Shown here piece by piece: positions 17,051 through 26,381 of a stretch of DNA of 64,000 bases (position 1 is its first letter; every line of letters begins with the position of its first letter). The DNA lies in assembly GCA_043827025.1 (NCBI GenBank), contig JBDRPL010000006.1:1-64000 (forward strand), given 5' to 3'. The notes beneath the pieces are model-generated. The model did no database searches. It saw only the letters and a list, made by a program, of their open reading frames with translations, and was not told the DNA's origin. The position numbers were made by a program, and so were the translations under genes. Source of the DNA: Candidatus Micrarchaeota archaeon (GTDB lineage Archaea; Micrarchaeota; Micrarchaeia; Anstonellales; Bilamarchaeaceae).

Positions 17051-17938
17051 ATGAAAATCGTTGTGTCAGATACTCTGCTGCCCGAAGTGCTTTCAAAGAT
17101 GGAAGGTATTGGGACAGTGGTTTACAAGCCAAATGACTTGAACAAGGAACTGGAAGATGCAGATGCTCTAGTGGTGCGTAGCGCTACAAAAGTCACCCGT
17201 GAACTTCTTTCCCATGCCAAAAAACTGAAAGTAGTTGCACGTGCAGGGGTTGGATTGGATAATGTGGATATCCAGGCCTGCCAGGAAAGAGCCATCAAAG
17301 TAGTCAACACACCTTCTTCTTCAACCAATGCGGTTGCAGAACTTGCCATGTGTTTTATGATTTGCCTTCTGAGAAAGGTCTGCAAGGCCAATTCCTTGCT
17401 GAAGGGGGGTAAATGGGAAAAGAACTCGCTAGTGGGAAATGAGATTGCAGGAAAAACCCTTGGAATCGTGGGTTTTGGAAGAATAGGCTTCTCAGTTGGC
17501 CAGAAAGCCCATGCCCTTGGCATGAAGATTCTTGCATACGACCCCCATCCAAAGAAGATTGATTGGGTTAGCTTCGTTGATCTTGACACTCTTTACAAGG
17601 AGTCGGATATCATTTCACTTCATACGATTCTTGTCCCTGAAACTAGAAACATGATAAATTCGTCTTCAATAGCGAAGATGAAGCAAGGAGTTTATCTGAT
17701 GAATATTGCAAGAGGCGAGCTGGTTGATGAAAATGCATTGTATGATGCATGCAAGTCAGGAAAGGTTGCTGGCGCTGCCCTTGACGTTTTTCCATCAGAG
17801 CCATATTCCGGAAAATTGCTTGGGCTGGACAATATTTGTGCAACTCCTCACATAGGTGCAAGCACAAACGAGGCTCAGAGTGGAATTGGAGAAGAGCTCA
17901 TAATCAAACTTAAAGAGGCCCTTTCCCCTTCAGGATAA
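17051..17938 (+). CDS. D-2-hydroxyacid dehydrogenase (SerA-like, no ACT domain)
   Basis: RAGVGLDNVD, GIVGFGRIG, NIARG, ALDVF..EP, TPHIGAST. Confidence 0.9.
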   Translation: MKIVVSDTLLPEVLSKMEGIGTVVYKPNDLNKELEDADALVVRSATKVTRELLSHAKKLKVVARAGVGLDNVDIQACQERAIKVVNTPSSSTNAVAELAMCFMICLLRKVCKANSLLKGGKWEKNSLVGNEIAGKTLGIVGFGRIGFSVGQKAHALGMKILAYDPHPKKIDWVSFVDLDTLYKESDIISLHTILVPETRNMINSSSIAKMKQGVYLMNIARGELVDENALYDACKSGKVAGAALDVFPSEPYSGKLLGLDNICATPHIGASTNEAQSGIGEELIIKLKEALSPSG

Positions 17939-18010
17939 TTCCACAGCTCTCCCCTTTCTTCTCCATAAGACTTTTATACCTTGTTTTTGTTATCTTTCAC
18001 AGGTGGATTT

Positions 18011-18226
18011 GTGGAAATTCCGGAAGTAAAAAATTTGGTAGTACCAAGGCCATTTTCAGTAGGGGATGAGCTGGAAGTGACTATTGAGACTCATGGAAAG
18101 CAAGGGGATGGCATAGCCAAGAAAGATGGATTTGTCCTGTTCGTAAAAAATTCCAAGAAAGGAGATGTTTGCAGGATCAAGGTCATTGATGTTAAATTAA
18201 CATATGCTATTGCAGAGAAATTGTAA
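18011..18226 (+). CDS. Stand-alone TRAM-domain RNA-binding protein
   Basis: V.VGDELEVTIE..GKQGDGIAK.DGFVLFV. Confidence 0.88.
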   Translation: MEIPEVKNLVVPRPFSVGDELEVTIETHGKQGDGIAKKDGFVLFVKNSKKGDVCRIKVIDVKLTYAIAEKL

Positions 18227-18229
18227 TTT

Positions 18230-19450
18230 TTAATCATTATTTCTTTTCGCAATATTTAGGAATAATACTATCAATAGGATTCCGATCATTCCGAATTCGA
18301 TGTATGTTATCTTTGTCTTTTCTTCTTCATAACCAATGCCTTTCCTCATATTTTGGCCATTCACTGCTCCTGTTTCAGATGTGTTTCCATTATAACTCAG
18401 CATCCTGCTTCTTATGATTTCGCTGTGGGTTAGGATATTTCCGAATTCGTCCATAATCTCGACTTCAAGCAGGTTATCTCCGATTCCTGGATATGTGGAA
18501 TTTATTTCATATGCGTAGCCGAATGTCTTGCTTCCTCTGAGCAGCCCTTTTGGGATCGTGACATTTTCATGGTTTTCCTTTGCTCCATTAGTTTGGTTCA
18601 TAGTTTCAAGGGAGATTATTCTCTGCATTCCAAGAGAATCACTTTCTATGTCGAATAGGTGGAATTTCCATTCTTTGATTGTTTCATTGTTTAGTTTGAC
18701 TTGGGACGAATATATTTCCCTGTTCGTAAAAAATATGCTGTCAAACCTGTTGTTCCTGAACCACTGCTCCCTAAGTACAGGGGCCACAAGGAAGTGCTCT
18801 GTAGATTCTCCTTCCACCTGGTATGTGGAATTTATGGCAACATCGCGAGTCATGCTGATTTGATCATCAGGAGTTGGCTGTAGCCCGCAGCCAACCACAC
18901 CCTCTCCAAATGACTGTGGTTCCCACACCTCTCTTTTTCTGTCATATATGAAAGCGAACTGTACATTTATGCTGATTTGTATGGTGTCTTTTTCAGATGC
19001 TGCAAGTTCATTTGTGTTGAATGGTATTGTGAAATAAAATTCAGGGTTTTCGATTGTCTTTGTTATGTTCTTAAATACGAACTTTGCGATTGTTTGCACA
19101 TTATAATCTGCAAGTTCAAGGTTCGTCTTATCCACCTTCCCAAAGCAATAATATCCATCTTTAGAAGGTGTTTCGTCATGGTATTCTTCATCGTATCCTG
19201 AAGCAAAAGTCCAAAGGACATCCGGAACTTGCGAATAACTTATTCTGGAGTCTATGGATGGATCTATTGCAAGCATTGTTGCATTTGCAAAATATACTGG
19301 CCCTTCGGAATTGTTTTGCATCGCCGTATATTTGGCTGATGCTCCCACTAGCACATTCAGGTTATTCAATTCTACCTCATTTAGGGGGGGTATTTCATAG
19401 GTTGAAAAAATCAAGGTAATTGCCAATAGCATTGCAAGGGCACATTTCAC
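18230..19450 (-). CDS. Secreted/membrane-anchored hypothetical protein
   Basis: Signal peptide, many NxS/T sequons, C-terminal TM helix. Confidence 0.6.
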   Translation of the reverse strand: MKCALAMLLAITLIFSTYEIPPLNEVELNNLNVLVGASAKYTAMQNNSEGPVYFANATMLAIDPSIDSRISYSQVPDVLWTFASGYDEEYHDETPSKDGYYCFGKVDKTNLELADYNVQTIAKFVFKNITKTIENPEFYFTIPFNTNELAASEKDTIQISINVQFAFIYDRKREVWEPQSFGEGVVGCGLQPTPDDQISMTRDVAINSTYQVEGESTEHFLVAPVLREQWFRNNRFDSIFFTNREIYSSQVKLNNETIKEWKFHLFDIESDSLGMQRIISLETMNQTNGAKENHENVTIPKGLLRGSKTFGYAYEINSTYPGIGDNLLEVEIMDEFGNILTHSEIIRSRMLSYNGNTSETGAVNGQNMRKGIGYEEEKTKITYIEFGMIGILLIVLFLNIAKRNND

Positions 19451-21333
19451 AAAAAGTCCTCCAGTTTTTCTAGAGTTACTAATTCTATTTGCCTATTGAA
19501 CTGAGATACTCGCATACCTGCCTTTTCATCTTGGCTCATCTTTCCGATTGCTTCTTGTTTTTCGGATTCGCTTTCGAAAACCACGATGGCCCTTTTAGAA
19601 AACTTGTCGCCAAAGAATCCGATCTCATAATTCTTGGTCACGAATCTATCTCCTTTTTCATGGAATTCTATTCCCTTTCCGATGAGCCTATCCTTTACCT
19701 TTCTTTTCATGGTGTTTTTTTCCAGATTTGCAGTGCCTATTTGATAGTACCCGTCATGCGAAGCCATTCTCTTTGACTTTTCCATTGACCTCAGTATTTC
19801 CTCGACGTTTCCTTCACTCACTTCTGCATCATCTGTAAAATGCTTCTTTAGTAATATGACTATTTCTTCGACAGTGATTGGTCCGTCAATGTCAAGGTCT
19901 TTTTTTGCATAGCTGAATATCTTTAGCAGCTCTTGAGGCCTTATCACAAGTTCTTTTCTGTTTTTGAATTGCGCTTCCGCAAGCTTTATTACATAAACAG
20001 GCTTTTTTATCATCTTCGTCCAGAGGTATATCAGGAAGATAACCAGTATTCCAGGAATACCATATTTTAGGTATGTGTCTATGATGCTTTCGTCATTATT
20101 ATCTACAGTTAGCCCATAATCTGCATTTTGGTATCGTATCCATATGACATTCTTCCCTTTTTTCAGATCTGCCCTAAGGACTATTTGTCCGTTGGTTATG
20201 AATGCTTTTTTTGTATTTTCAGAATCCTCAAGCCAGGCAAGGGCCTCGCCATTTTCTATCGGCTTTCCATCTATGGTGGCATCCACAGTTATGCGTTGGC
20301 CATATCTTTCAGCCAGACTCATTTCTATTTTTTTGATATGCAATATTCCGCCGCCTATTGTTCCAGTATCATCACTTACATCCACAATAAAATCCCCTGT
20401 CTGATTCAGCAGGAACCTTTTTGAGAAATAGTTCTGTTCTATGACCCTCTGGAGTTTTTCCCTGGCGATTTCATATCCCCCCTTTCGTATTGTCAGGTAA
20501 GCAGTTCCATTGGTTTTGTTAAGGAAGAACTCATATTCTATTTGTTCTCCCGGGTAAATATCTAGGTATCCAAGGCTCAGGTCTTGTTTGTCCAGTAATC
20601 TATCCAAGACCTTCATAGCTCCTGTTTTGTCAGGATATATCAAACGCAGATAATTATGCTGTGAAGCGTTCAAGTGGATTATTTCCATGGAATCTACATT
20701 CACCACATATTTTTCTGCACCTCCAAATGATCCCTCCAGGATATCGCGGAATACATTGTCTTTTTTTGCAAAATAGTCTATGAGGTCCATTTCCTTGACA
20801 ACGATTCCAGAGTATTTTTCATCATACCATTCTAGCTTCTTCATTTCGATGTCGAATATGAGGTCCTTTCTTCCGATGTAGATTATTTTCGTTTCGGAAT
20901 ATCTATCAAAATTATCCAGGATTTCCTTTGGCATGGCTCCAGTTGGAATCACAAAAGTCCCATTTTTTGGAGCAAACGTCTCATCAACTATTTTTACCTT
21001 GTAACCATAACCTTCTATTTCTTTGGCTTGCATTACCAAATCATCAAATCTCTCATATCCAAGCCCTCTTTTTCTGAGAATGTATATCTCCCTGCTGGGA
21101 AGTTCGTCTAGTAATATTGCAGTGATGTTTCCAGAACTTCCGTTCGCCAGGACTGCATATGCAATGTTGCCTATGCTGCCTATTTCAATTATCCCTATGC
21201 CTTCCTTTGCATTCTTCTGATCAGGTGCGCTGTTATTTCCTAAAAAAAGCACGAGCAATATCATTGAGAGAACAACAATTGCGATTCCCATCTCCTTTGC
21301 TTTCATCCAGTCAAAACCCCGATAACTATTCAC
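19447..21333 (-). CDS. Membrane protein with a large extracellular region and a cytoplasmic C-terminal domain
   Basis: N-terminal TM, second TM near residue 425, about 190-aa C-terminal tail; coupled to pheS. Confidence 0.6.
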   Translation of the reverse strand: MNSYRGFDWMKAKEMGIAIVVLSMILLVLFLGNNSAPDQKNAKEGIGIIEIGSIGNIAYAVLANGSSGNITAILLDELPSREIYILRKRGLGYERFDDLVMQAKEIEGYGYKVKIVDETFAPKNGTFVIPTGAMPKEILDNFDRYSETKIIYIGRKDLIFDIEMKKLEWYDEKYSGIVVKEMDLIDYFAKKDNVFRDILEGSFGGAEKYVVNVDSMEIIHLNASQHNYLRLIYPDKTGAMKVLDRLLDKQDLSLGYLDIYPGEQIEYEFFLNKTNGTAYLTIRKGGYEIAREKLQRVIEQNYFSKRFLLNQTGDFIVDVSDDTGTIGGGILHIKKIEMSLAERYGQRITVDATIDGKPIENGEALAWLEDSENTKKAFITNGQIVLRADLKKGKNVIWIRYQNADYGLTVDNNDESIIDTYLKYGIPGILVIFLIYLWTKMIKKPVYVIKLAEAQFKNRKELVIRPQELLKIFSYAKKDLDIDGPITVEEIVILLKKHFTDDAEVSEGNVEEILRSMEKSKRMASHDGYYQIGTANLEKNTMKRKVKDRLIGKGIEFHEKGDRFVTKNYEIGFFGDKFSKRAIVVFESESEKQEAIGKMSQDEKAGMRVSQFNRQIELVTLEKLEDFL

Positions 21334-22670
21334 AACCTTGCTTTTTTAAGAAAGCCCAGGTCATTTTTATAGAATTCCCGTATGTCTTCCAGCCCTAAGA
21401 GCATCATTAGTGGCCTTTCAAGACTAAGTCCCCATGCAAGAACTGGGTAAGTGTCTGCAAGAGGTATACTTACTTCTGGCCTGAACATTCCTGCCCCTCC
21501 CAATTCCATCCATTGTTTTCTTGGTTCGAAATAAACTTCTATCTCAAGGCTTGGCTCAGTATATGGGAAGTAGCTAGGCCTGAATCTTATTTTGTCGAAT
21601 CCAAGGCTTTTATAGAATTCTTTCAATATGCCTAACAAATCCCTGAATGTCGCACCTTCCCATGAGATTATGCCTTCTATCTGGTAGAACTCTGCAAGAT
21701 GTTTGTAATCTGTAGCTTCATTCCTGAACACCTTTCCTATTGCAAAATATCTTTTTGCATCTCCCTTTTTTATCTTTGAAAGATATCTTGCGCTTAATGC
21801 TGTGGTATGTGTTCTTAGGACAAGCCTTTCAGCTTCCTCTTCCTTCCATTCGTATCCCCAGCCTTTTTCGTGGGCTTCCTTGACTTTCTTAACAAGTTTC
21901 GCATCAGGAAGAGCTTCCTTTCCTTCAACATAGAAGGTATCTGCAAGTTCCCTTGCAGGATGGTCCTGCGGCTGGAACAAGGAATCAAAATTCCAGAATG
22001 CACTTTGGACTATGCTTCCTTCCATTTCACAGAAGCCCATGGAAAGAAATGTTGATTTTATCTTTGATTCCAGTTTAGAGAGTGGGTGTTCCTTGCCTAA
22101 GGGTGCATTCTCGCTTTCCACGGAAATATCAAATCCTTCACTTATCTGAACTTGTTTTCCCGTGTACTCAATTATCACAGATTTTGTCGCCTTAGTCTCC
22201 ACAAGCTTTCTGCGTTTGAGATCCTCAATGAGATGATCGTCTAAAATAGAGATGCCTGATTTTAATTTGGAGTACAATGTCTGGAATTTCTTTTCACTAG
22301 CATCCACTTCCTGTGGATTTGCAGTAGGCACTACGATTCCCTCTTCTATCTTTATCCATTTCTTTGCATTTCCAAGTCCAAAACGCCTTTCATCCTGGGC
22401 CAGATCACCTATCTTCAATTTCCCCTCACATGCCCTTTTGTATATATTGCTTTCAGGAGTTCCGTTTTTAGCATATTTTGCAAATTCTTCAGTGGGTACG
22501 AAAACCTGGGTTTCTGTTGAGAAAAGGTTCAGGTATCCATTGGATTTGAGGGATTCGGATGCGCGCCTTACAGTATCTGCGTCAAGTCCTGTTGCTTGCA
22601 CTGCTTCTTCCATTAGGCATTTCTTCTTTCTCATGATAAAGTCAAGTATTTCTTTTTCTCCCTTGTACAT
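21330..22670 (-). CDS. pheS: Phenylalanyl-tRNA synthetase alpha subunit
   Basis: FWNFDSLFQPQDHPAR, LRTHTT, FRNE, YFPYTEPS, WGLSLER. Confidence 0.97.
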   Translation of the reverse strand: MYKGEKEILDFIMRKKKCLMEEAVQATGLDADTVRRASESLKSNGYLNLFSTETQVFVPTEEFAKYAKNGTPESNIYKRACEGKLKIGDLAQDERRFGLGNAKKWIKIEEGIVVPTANPQEVDASEKKFQTLYSKLKSGISILDDHLIEDLKRRKLVETKATKSVIIEYTGKQVQISEGFDISVESENAPLGKEHPLSKLESKIKSTFLSMGFCEMEGSIVQSAFWNFDSLFQPQDHPARELADTFYVEGKEALPDAKLVKKVKEAHEKGWGYEWKEEEAERLVLRTHTTALSARYLSKIKKGDAKRYFAIGKVFRNEATDYKHLAEFYQIEGIISWEGATFRDLLGILKEFYKSLGFDKIRFRPSYFPYTEPSLEIEVYFEPRKQWMELGGAGMFRPEVSIPLADTYPVLAWGLSLERPLMMLLGLEDIREFYKNDLGFLKKARL

Positions 22671-22674
22671 AGGC

Positions 22675-23520
22675 TCACTTTTTTGGTTTTACGCTGTTTA
22701 GGTAAAAATATGAAAAGAACAATATAATAAGTATTAGAATTATGGCCATGCCTTCATTGCTGTATACTGTGTTTTGAACCTTTTGGAACGAGTCTCTGAA
22801 AAATCCGCTTACTTCAGAGTAGATCGTTTCTTCTGTTTCAAAAACAAGGACTGGGTTTGCAGGAGGCGTATTTGTCCACACCACTTGTTCCAGGCTCATT
22901 GGGAACTTTTCGTTTTCCAAGCCAGTACCCATGGGTTTCAGATCGCTCGGAGTTTTGATTATCGCGCCTTTTGGAAGCTCGATTATGACGATGTGGTTCT
23001 TATCTATTATTGTCTGGTTTTTGTCTGTGGTGGTGAACAGCAGTATTTTGTCATTTAATGTATACCTGGTTGTTCTTGGCTTGTATTTTTCAAGAGTGAA
23101 TATCCCTGTTTCGCTTACTGGAATGCCGTCTGAATCCCGCTTTGGTTTTGCAATGTATTGTATCCATATCTCCGCAATACAGGCTTTTTGATAGACATTG
23201 CACCTATTATCGTTTATAGGCTGCGGGACTATGCTTAATTCCTCCATGGCGATTCTTGAAGTGTCTATGTTGTATTGTATCTCTTTTACTCCTGTTACGT
23301 TGAACCAGAATGACAATTCGTTCCTGTTGATTCCGCTTTCATACGACTGACGGTCTTCATCACCGGTTATGGTGAACCGTATCTTTTCATTTATTCTTGC
23401 AGATCCGTCCTTTCCAATATCGCCTATTCCAACTTCAACTTTGTTGAAAGTGAATGTTGCAAAGCTGGTTGTAGCTATAATTATAAGGATAAGGCAGGCA
23501 ATCGCAATATTTTTCTTCAT
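22675..23520 (-). CDS. Secreted/membrane-anchored hypothetical protein
   Basis: Signal peptide and C-terminal TM with a basic tail. Confidence 0.6.
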   Translation of the reverse strand: MKKNIAIACLILIIIATTSFATFTFNKVEVGIGDIGKDGSARINEKIRFTITGDEDRQSYESGINRNELSFWFNVTGVKEIQYNIDTSRIAMEELSIVPQPINDNRCNVYQKACIAEIWIQYIAKPKRDSDGIPVSETGIFTLEKYKPRTTRYTLNDKILLFTTTDKNQTIIDKNHIVIIELPKGAIIKTPSDLKPMGTGLENEKFPMSLEQVVWTNTPPANPVLVFETEETIYSEVSGFFRDSFQKVQNTVYSNEGMAIILILIILFFSYFYLNSVKPKK

Positions 23521-23583
23521 GAAAAATATGTCGTTGATAACTAATTAAAATCTACGCTTTCATATTATCTCGGTGATTTTTCT

Positions 23584-24318
23584 ATGAAAAAACTAATAAT
23601 TATGGGATTGATCTGTTTTGCCTTGCTCTTTGGGTGCACTGGCAATCAGACAGGCACGGACCCTCTAATGAAACCTGCTGACACAACAAAGCCAGCAGAT
23701 ACTTTCAAACCTGTTGACACTACTAAACCTGTTGATACTGCCAAGCCTTCTGACACAGGAGATGCCATTCCAAAAACACTTTCTGCAACCGAGGTTGCGA
23801 CGAATTTCTTCAATAATGGGAAGGTTGCATCATGGAAGGTCACATATGAATTTGTTTCAGGTTCTCAATCATACGTCATGGTCCAATACAAGCGAGGGGG
23901 AAGTGATATGAGGACTGATCTCTCAATGCAGGGAACTGAATCAAGAGTTTACTTTCTTTCAGACATTTTATACTCGTGCAATAAACAAGGTGAAACATGG
24001 GTCTGTTATTCCATGGCAGGATTCGAAAGCGAAGATACCTTTTCAAAAGCAGTTGCAACATTACCACGCTATATGATAACCGAACTGCCGAGCATGCAAC
24101 TTGCAGGTGTTGATGCAAAATGCTACAATCTGAAGGATGCTGATGGGTTGGAGATGGATTATTGTTTCTCTCCTGAGGGAGTGCCTCTTTACATAAGGAC
24201 AGGTGCAACATCGCAGCTTCCCGAGGTAGTTGTAAAGGCAACCTCCTACAGCGCGCAGGTTACAGATGCTGATTTCCAGCTTCCTGCTGAACCTCAGAAT
24301 ATGGAAGATCTCTACTAA
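23584..24318 (+). CDS. Lipoprotein of unknown function
   Basis: LLFGC lipobox; four Cys in a beta-rich domain ending DFQLP. Confidence 0.7.
   Translation: MKKLIIMGLICFALLFGCTGNQTGTDPLMKPADTTKPADTFKPVDTTKPVDTAKPSDTGDAIPKTLSATEVATNFFNNGKVASWKVTYEFVSGSQSYVMVQYKRGGSDMRTDLSMQGTESRVYFLSDILYSCNKQGETWVCYSMAGFESEDTFSKAVATLPRYMITELPSMQLAGVDAKCYNLKDADGLEMDYCFSPEGVPLYIRTGATSQLPEVVVKATSYSAQVTDADFQLPAEPQNMEDLY
23671..23760 (+). repeat. Five 18-bp tandem repeats encoding KPxDTx
   Basis: aaacctgctgacacaaca / aagccagcagatactttc / aaacctgttgacactact / aaacctgttgatactgcc / aagccttctgacacagga. Confidence 0.85.
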
Positions 24319-24361
24319 TTTTTTTATTTTCTTTTTTTAATTTTTGAATCCGAGTGATTTT

Positions 24362-24949
24362 ATGACTGAGTACAAAACATTGGAAAATCTGGCAAAGGCA
24401 TTCATTGGAGAGAGTATGGCTAGGAATCGTTATACTATGTATGCAGGAATTGCCAGAAAAGAAGGGTATCAACAGATTGGCGATTTGTTCATAGTTACTG
24501 CTGAAAATGAATTTGAGCATGCGGAATGGAACATGAGGATGCTGAACTCAGTCATGGAAAAAACAGGCAAAAAAATCGAATTGAAAGTTGATTCTGATGT
24601 TTCTCATGTAGTGAAAACAACTGTTGAAAATCTTGCGTCTGCAATAGAGGGGGAAAATTATGAAACTACTAAAATGTATCCTGGATTTGCAGATGTTGCG
24701 CAGAATGAGGGGTTTGCAGATGTTGCAGCAAGGCTTCGTGCAATAGGAAGGGCAGAAGCACACCATGAAGAACGCTACACTAAGCTCATCGAACAAGTCA
24801 AAGCAGGCACTGTGTTCAAGAAATCTGAAAATGTGCAATGGGTCTGTTCAAAATGTGGCTATGCTCACGATGGTCTGACACCTCCATTAAAGTGTCCTGC
24901 GTGTGATCATGATCGTTCATATTACATGCTTAAATGTGAAAAATATTAG
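24362..24949 (+). CDS. rbr: Rubrerythrin
   Basis: AFIGESMARNRY, ENEFEHA, EAHHE, C-terminal CSKC...CPAC. Confidence 0.95.
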   Translation: MTEYKTLENLAKAFIGESMARNRYTMYAGIARKEGYQQIGDLFIVTAENEFEHAEWNMRMLNSVMEKTGKKIELKVDSDVSHVVKTTVENLASAIEGENYETTKMYPGFADVAQNEGFADVAARLRAIGRAEAHHEERYTKLIEQVKAGTVFKKSENVQWVCSKCGYAHDGLTPPLKCPACDHDRSYYMLKCEKY

Positions 24950-24998
24950 AGGTGGGTGTTTGCTTGGGCAGGAATTCCCTGCAAATTGCGCCTATCTC
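24949..24998 (+). terminator. Long G-U-containing stem-loop directly after the rbr stop
   Basis: GAGGTGGGTGT pairs with GCGCCTATCTC; inner GCAGG/CCTGC hairpin. Confidence 0.4.
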
Positions 24999-25049
24999 TA
25001 ATTCAGTTTTATAGAAAAACTTTTTAAGTCTCTATTTTCATATCATATC

Positions 25050-25475
25050 ATGTTTGAAGTATTCGATCTTCCTGTGGTGCGCCTTATTATAGCAGCCCTT
25101 GCAGGGCTTTTTATTGGGTTTACGCGAAGGAGGATGAATGTGGGTGGAAGGACATTTGCCCTTATTGCACTTGGTTCTGCGATTTTTACTATTGTTTCAG
25201 TTGAGACTGCGATTTATGCTGTTGAGGGAGGGCTCGTACCTACAGCTGACCCTACCAGAGTTATTGCCCAGATCGTTTCAGGAATTGGTTTCCTTGGCGT
25301 TGGAGTTATCTGGAAATCAAATGCGAGGGTTGGTGGATTGACAACCGCAGCAACAATCTGGGTCACAGCAGGCCTTGGAATACTTGCAGGCTTGGCGATG
25401 TGGGACCTTCTGCTTGCCTCGTTTGTGATATCCTTGCTTACACTTCATTCAAAACATGCATTGAAAGAAGACTAA
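25050..25475 (+). CDS. MgtC/SapB-family membrane protein
   Basis: G.RTFALI.LG, DPTRVIAQIVSGIGFLG, GLTTAATIW. Confidence 0.92.
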   Translation: MFEVFDLPVVRLIIAALAGLFIGFTRRRMNVGGRTFALIALGSAIFTIVSVETAIYAVEGGLVPTADPTRVIAQIVSGIGFLGVGVIWKSNARVGGLTTAATIWVTAGLGILAGLAMWDLLLASFVISLLTLHSKHALKED

Positions 25476-25509
25476 TCTTCAGCCAATAATTAGTTCTCCT
25501 GCGTTTTCG

Positions 25510-26376
25510 CTATTTCAATTCCTCGCACAACTCAGTTATATCCACATCCAACGAAGAATCTACCAATTCCTTTCCTTTCATCTGCGGAAGCTGGTCGTCA
25601 TATGTTGGCCTTAGCTCTTTATAGAATACTCCAACAGGCACCTTTGCATAATTAGTTTTCTGGTCTTCATATGCTATTTCCAATGCCTTCATCTTGTCTT
25701 TCGGAGTATAGCCTGCCTGTTGCAGGTCATAGATTCTTTCCTTGAACCATTGGTAGGAATTATGTTTATTGAAAGTAACGCATGGTTGGAAAACATCCAC
25801 AAGTGCAAATCCCTTATGTTCAATTGCCTGCTTCATTATTGATTTCATATGAACAGGATCTCCTGCGAATGTTCTTGAAACGAATGTGGCCCCATTCACA
25901 ATTGCATTTGCAATTGGATTGAACTGCACTTCGATTGAGCCAAAAGGCGTTGATTTTGTTTTCATTCCTTTTTTAGTAGTTGGCGATGCTTGGCCAGTTG
26001 TCAGGCCATATATCTCATTATTATGCACAATGTAGGTCAGGTCATAATTCCTTCTTGCGATGTGGATGAAATGCTGCACTCCTTCGCCATAACCATCCCC
26101 GTCCCCACCCATTGCAACAACAGTCAATCTCCTGTTTGCCATTTTTATTGCAGAAGCAAGAGGGAGGGGCCTTCCATGGATTCCTTCATATCCATATGTG
26201 TTAATGTAGTGTGGGATCTTTGAAGAACATCCTATCCCTGAAACTATTACTGTGTCTTTTCTTTCTAGGTCAAGTTCGCTTAAAGCGCTTTTTATCCCCG
26301 TCAAAATACCATAATCCCCACATCCTGGACACCATTGGGGTTTTTCTTTTGTTGCAAATTCTTGTAATGCTGCCAT
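25510..26376 (-). CDS. 2-oxoacid:ferredoxin oxidoreductase beta subunit
   Basis: WCPGCGD, SGIGCS, GGDGD, YGLTTGQASPT. Confidence 0.95.
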   Translation of the reverse strand: MAALQEFATKEKPQWCPGCGDYGILTGIKSALSELDLERKDTVIVSGIGCSSKIPHYINTYGYEGIHGRPLPLASAIKMANRRLTVVAMGGDGDGYGEGVQHFIHIARRNYDLTYIVHNNEIYGLTTGQASPTTKKGMKTKSTPFGSIEVQFNPIANAIVNGATFVSRTFAGDPVHMKSIMKQAIEHKGFALVDVFQPCVTFNKHNSYQWFKERIYDLQQAGYTPKDKMKALEIAYEDQKTNYAKVPVGVFYKELRPTYDDQLPQMKGKELVDSSLDVDITELCEELK

Positions 26377-26381
26377 TCCAA

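Noticed and set aside
24949..24998. SECIS element
   Set aside because: No in-frame TGA in rbr and no clear archaeal SECIS GAA/A loop
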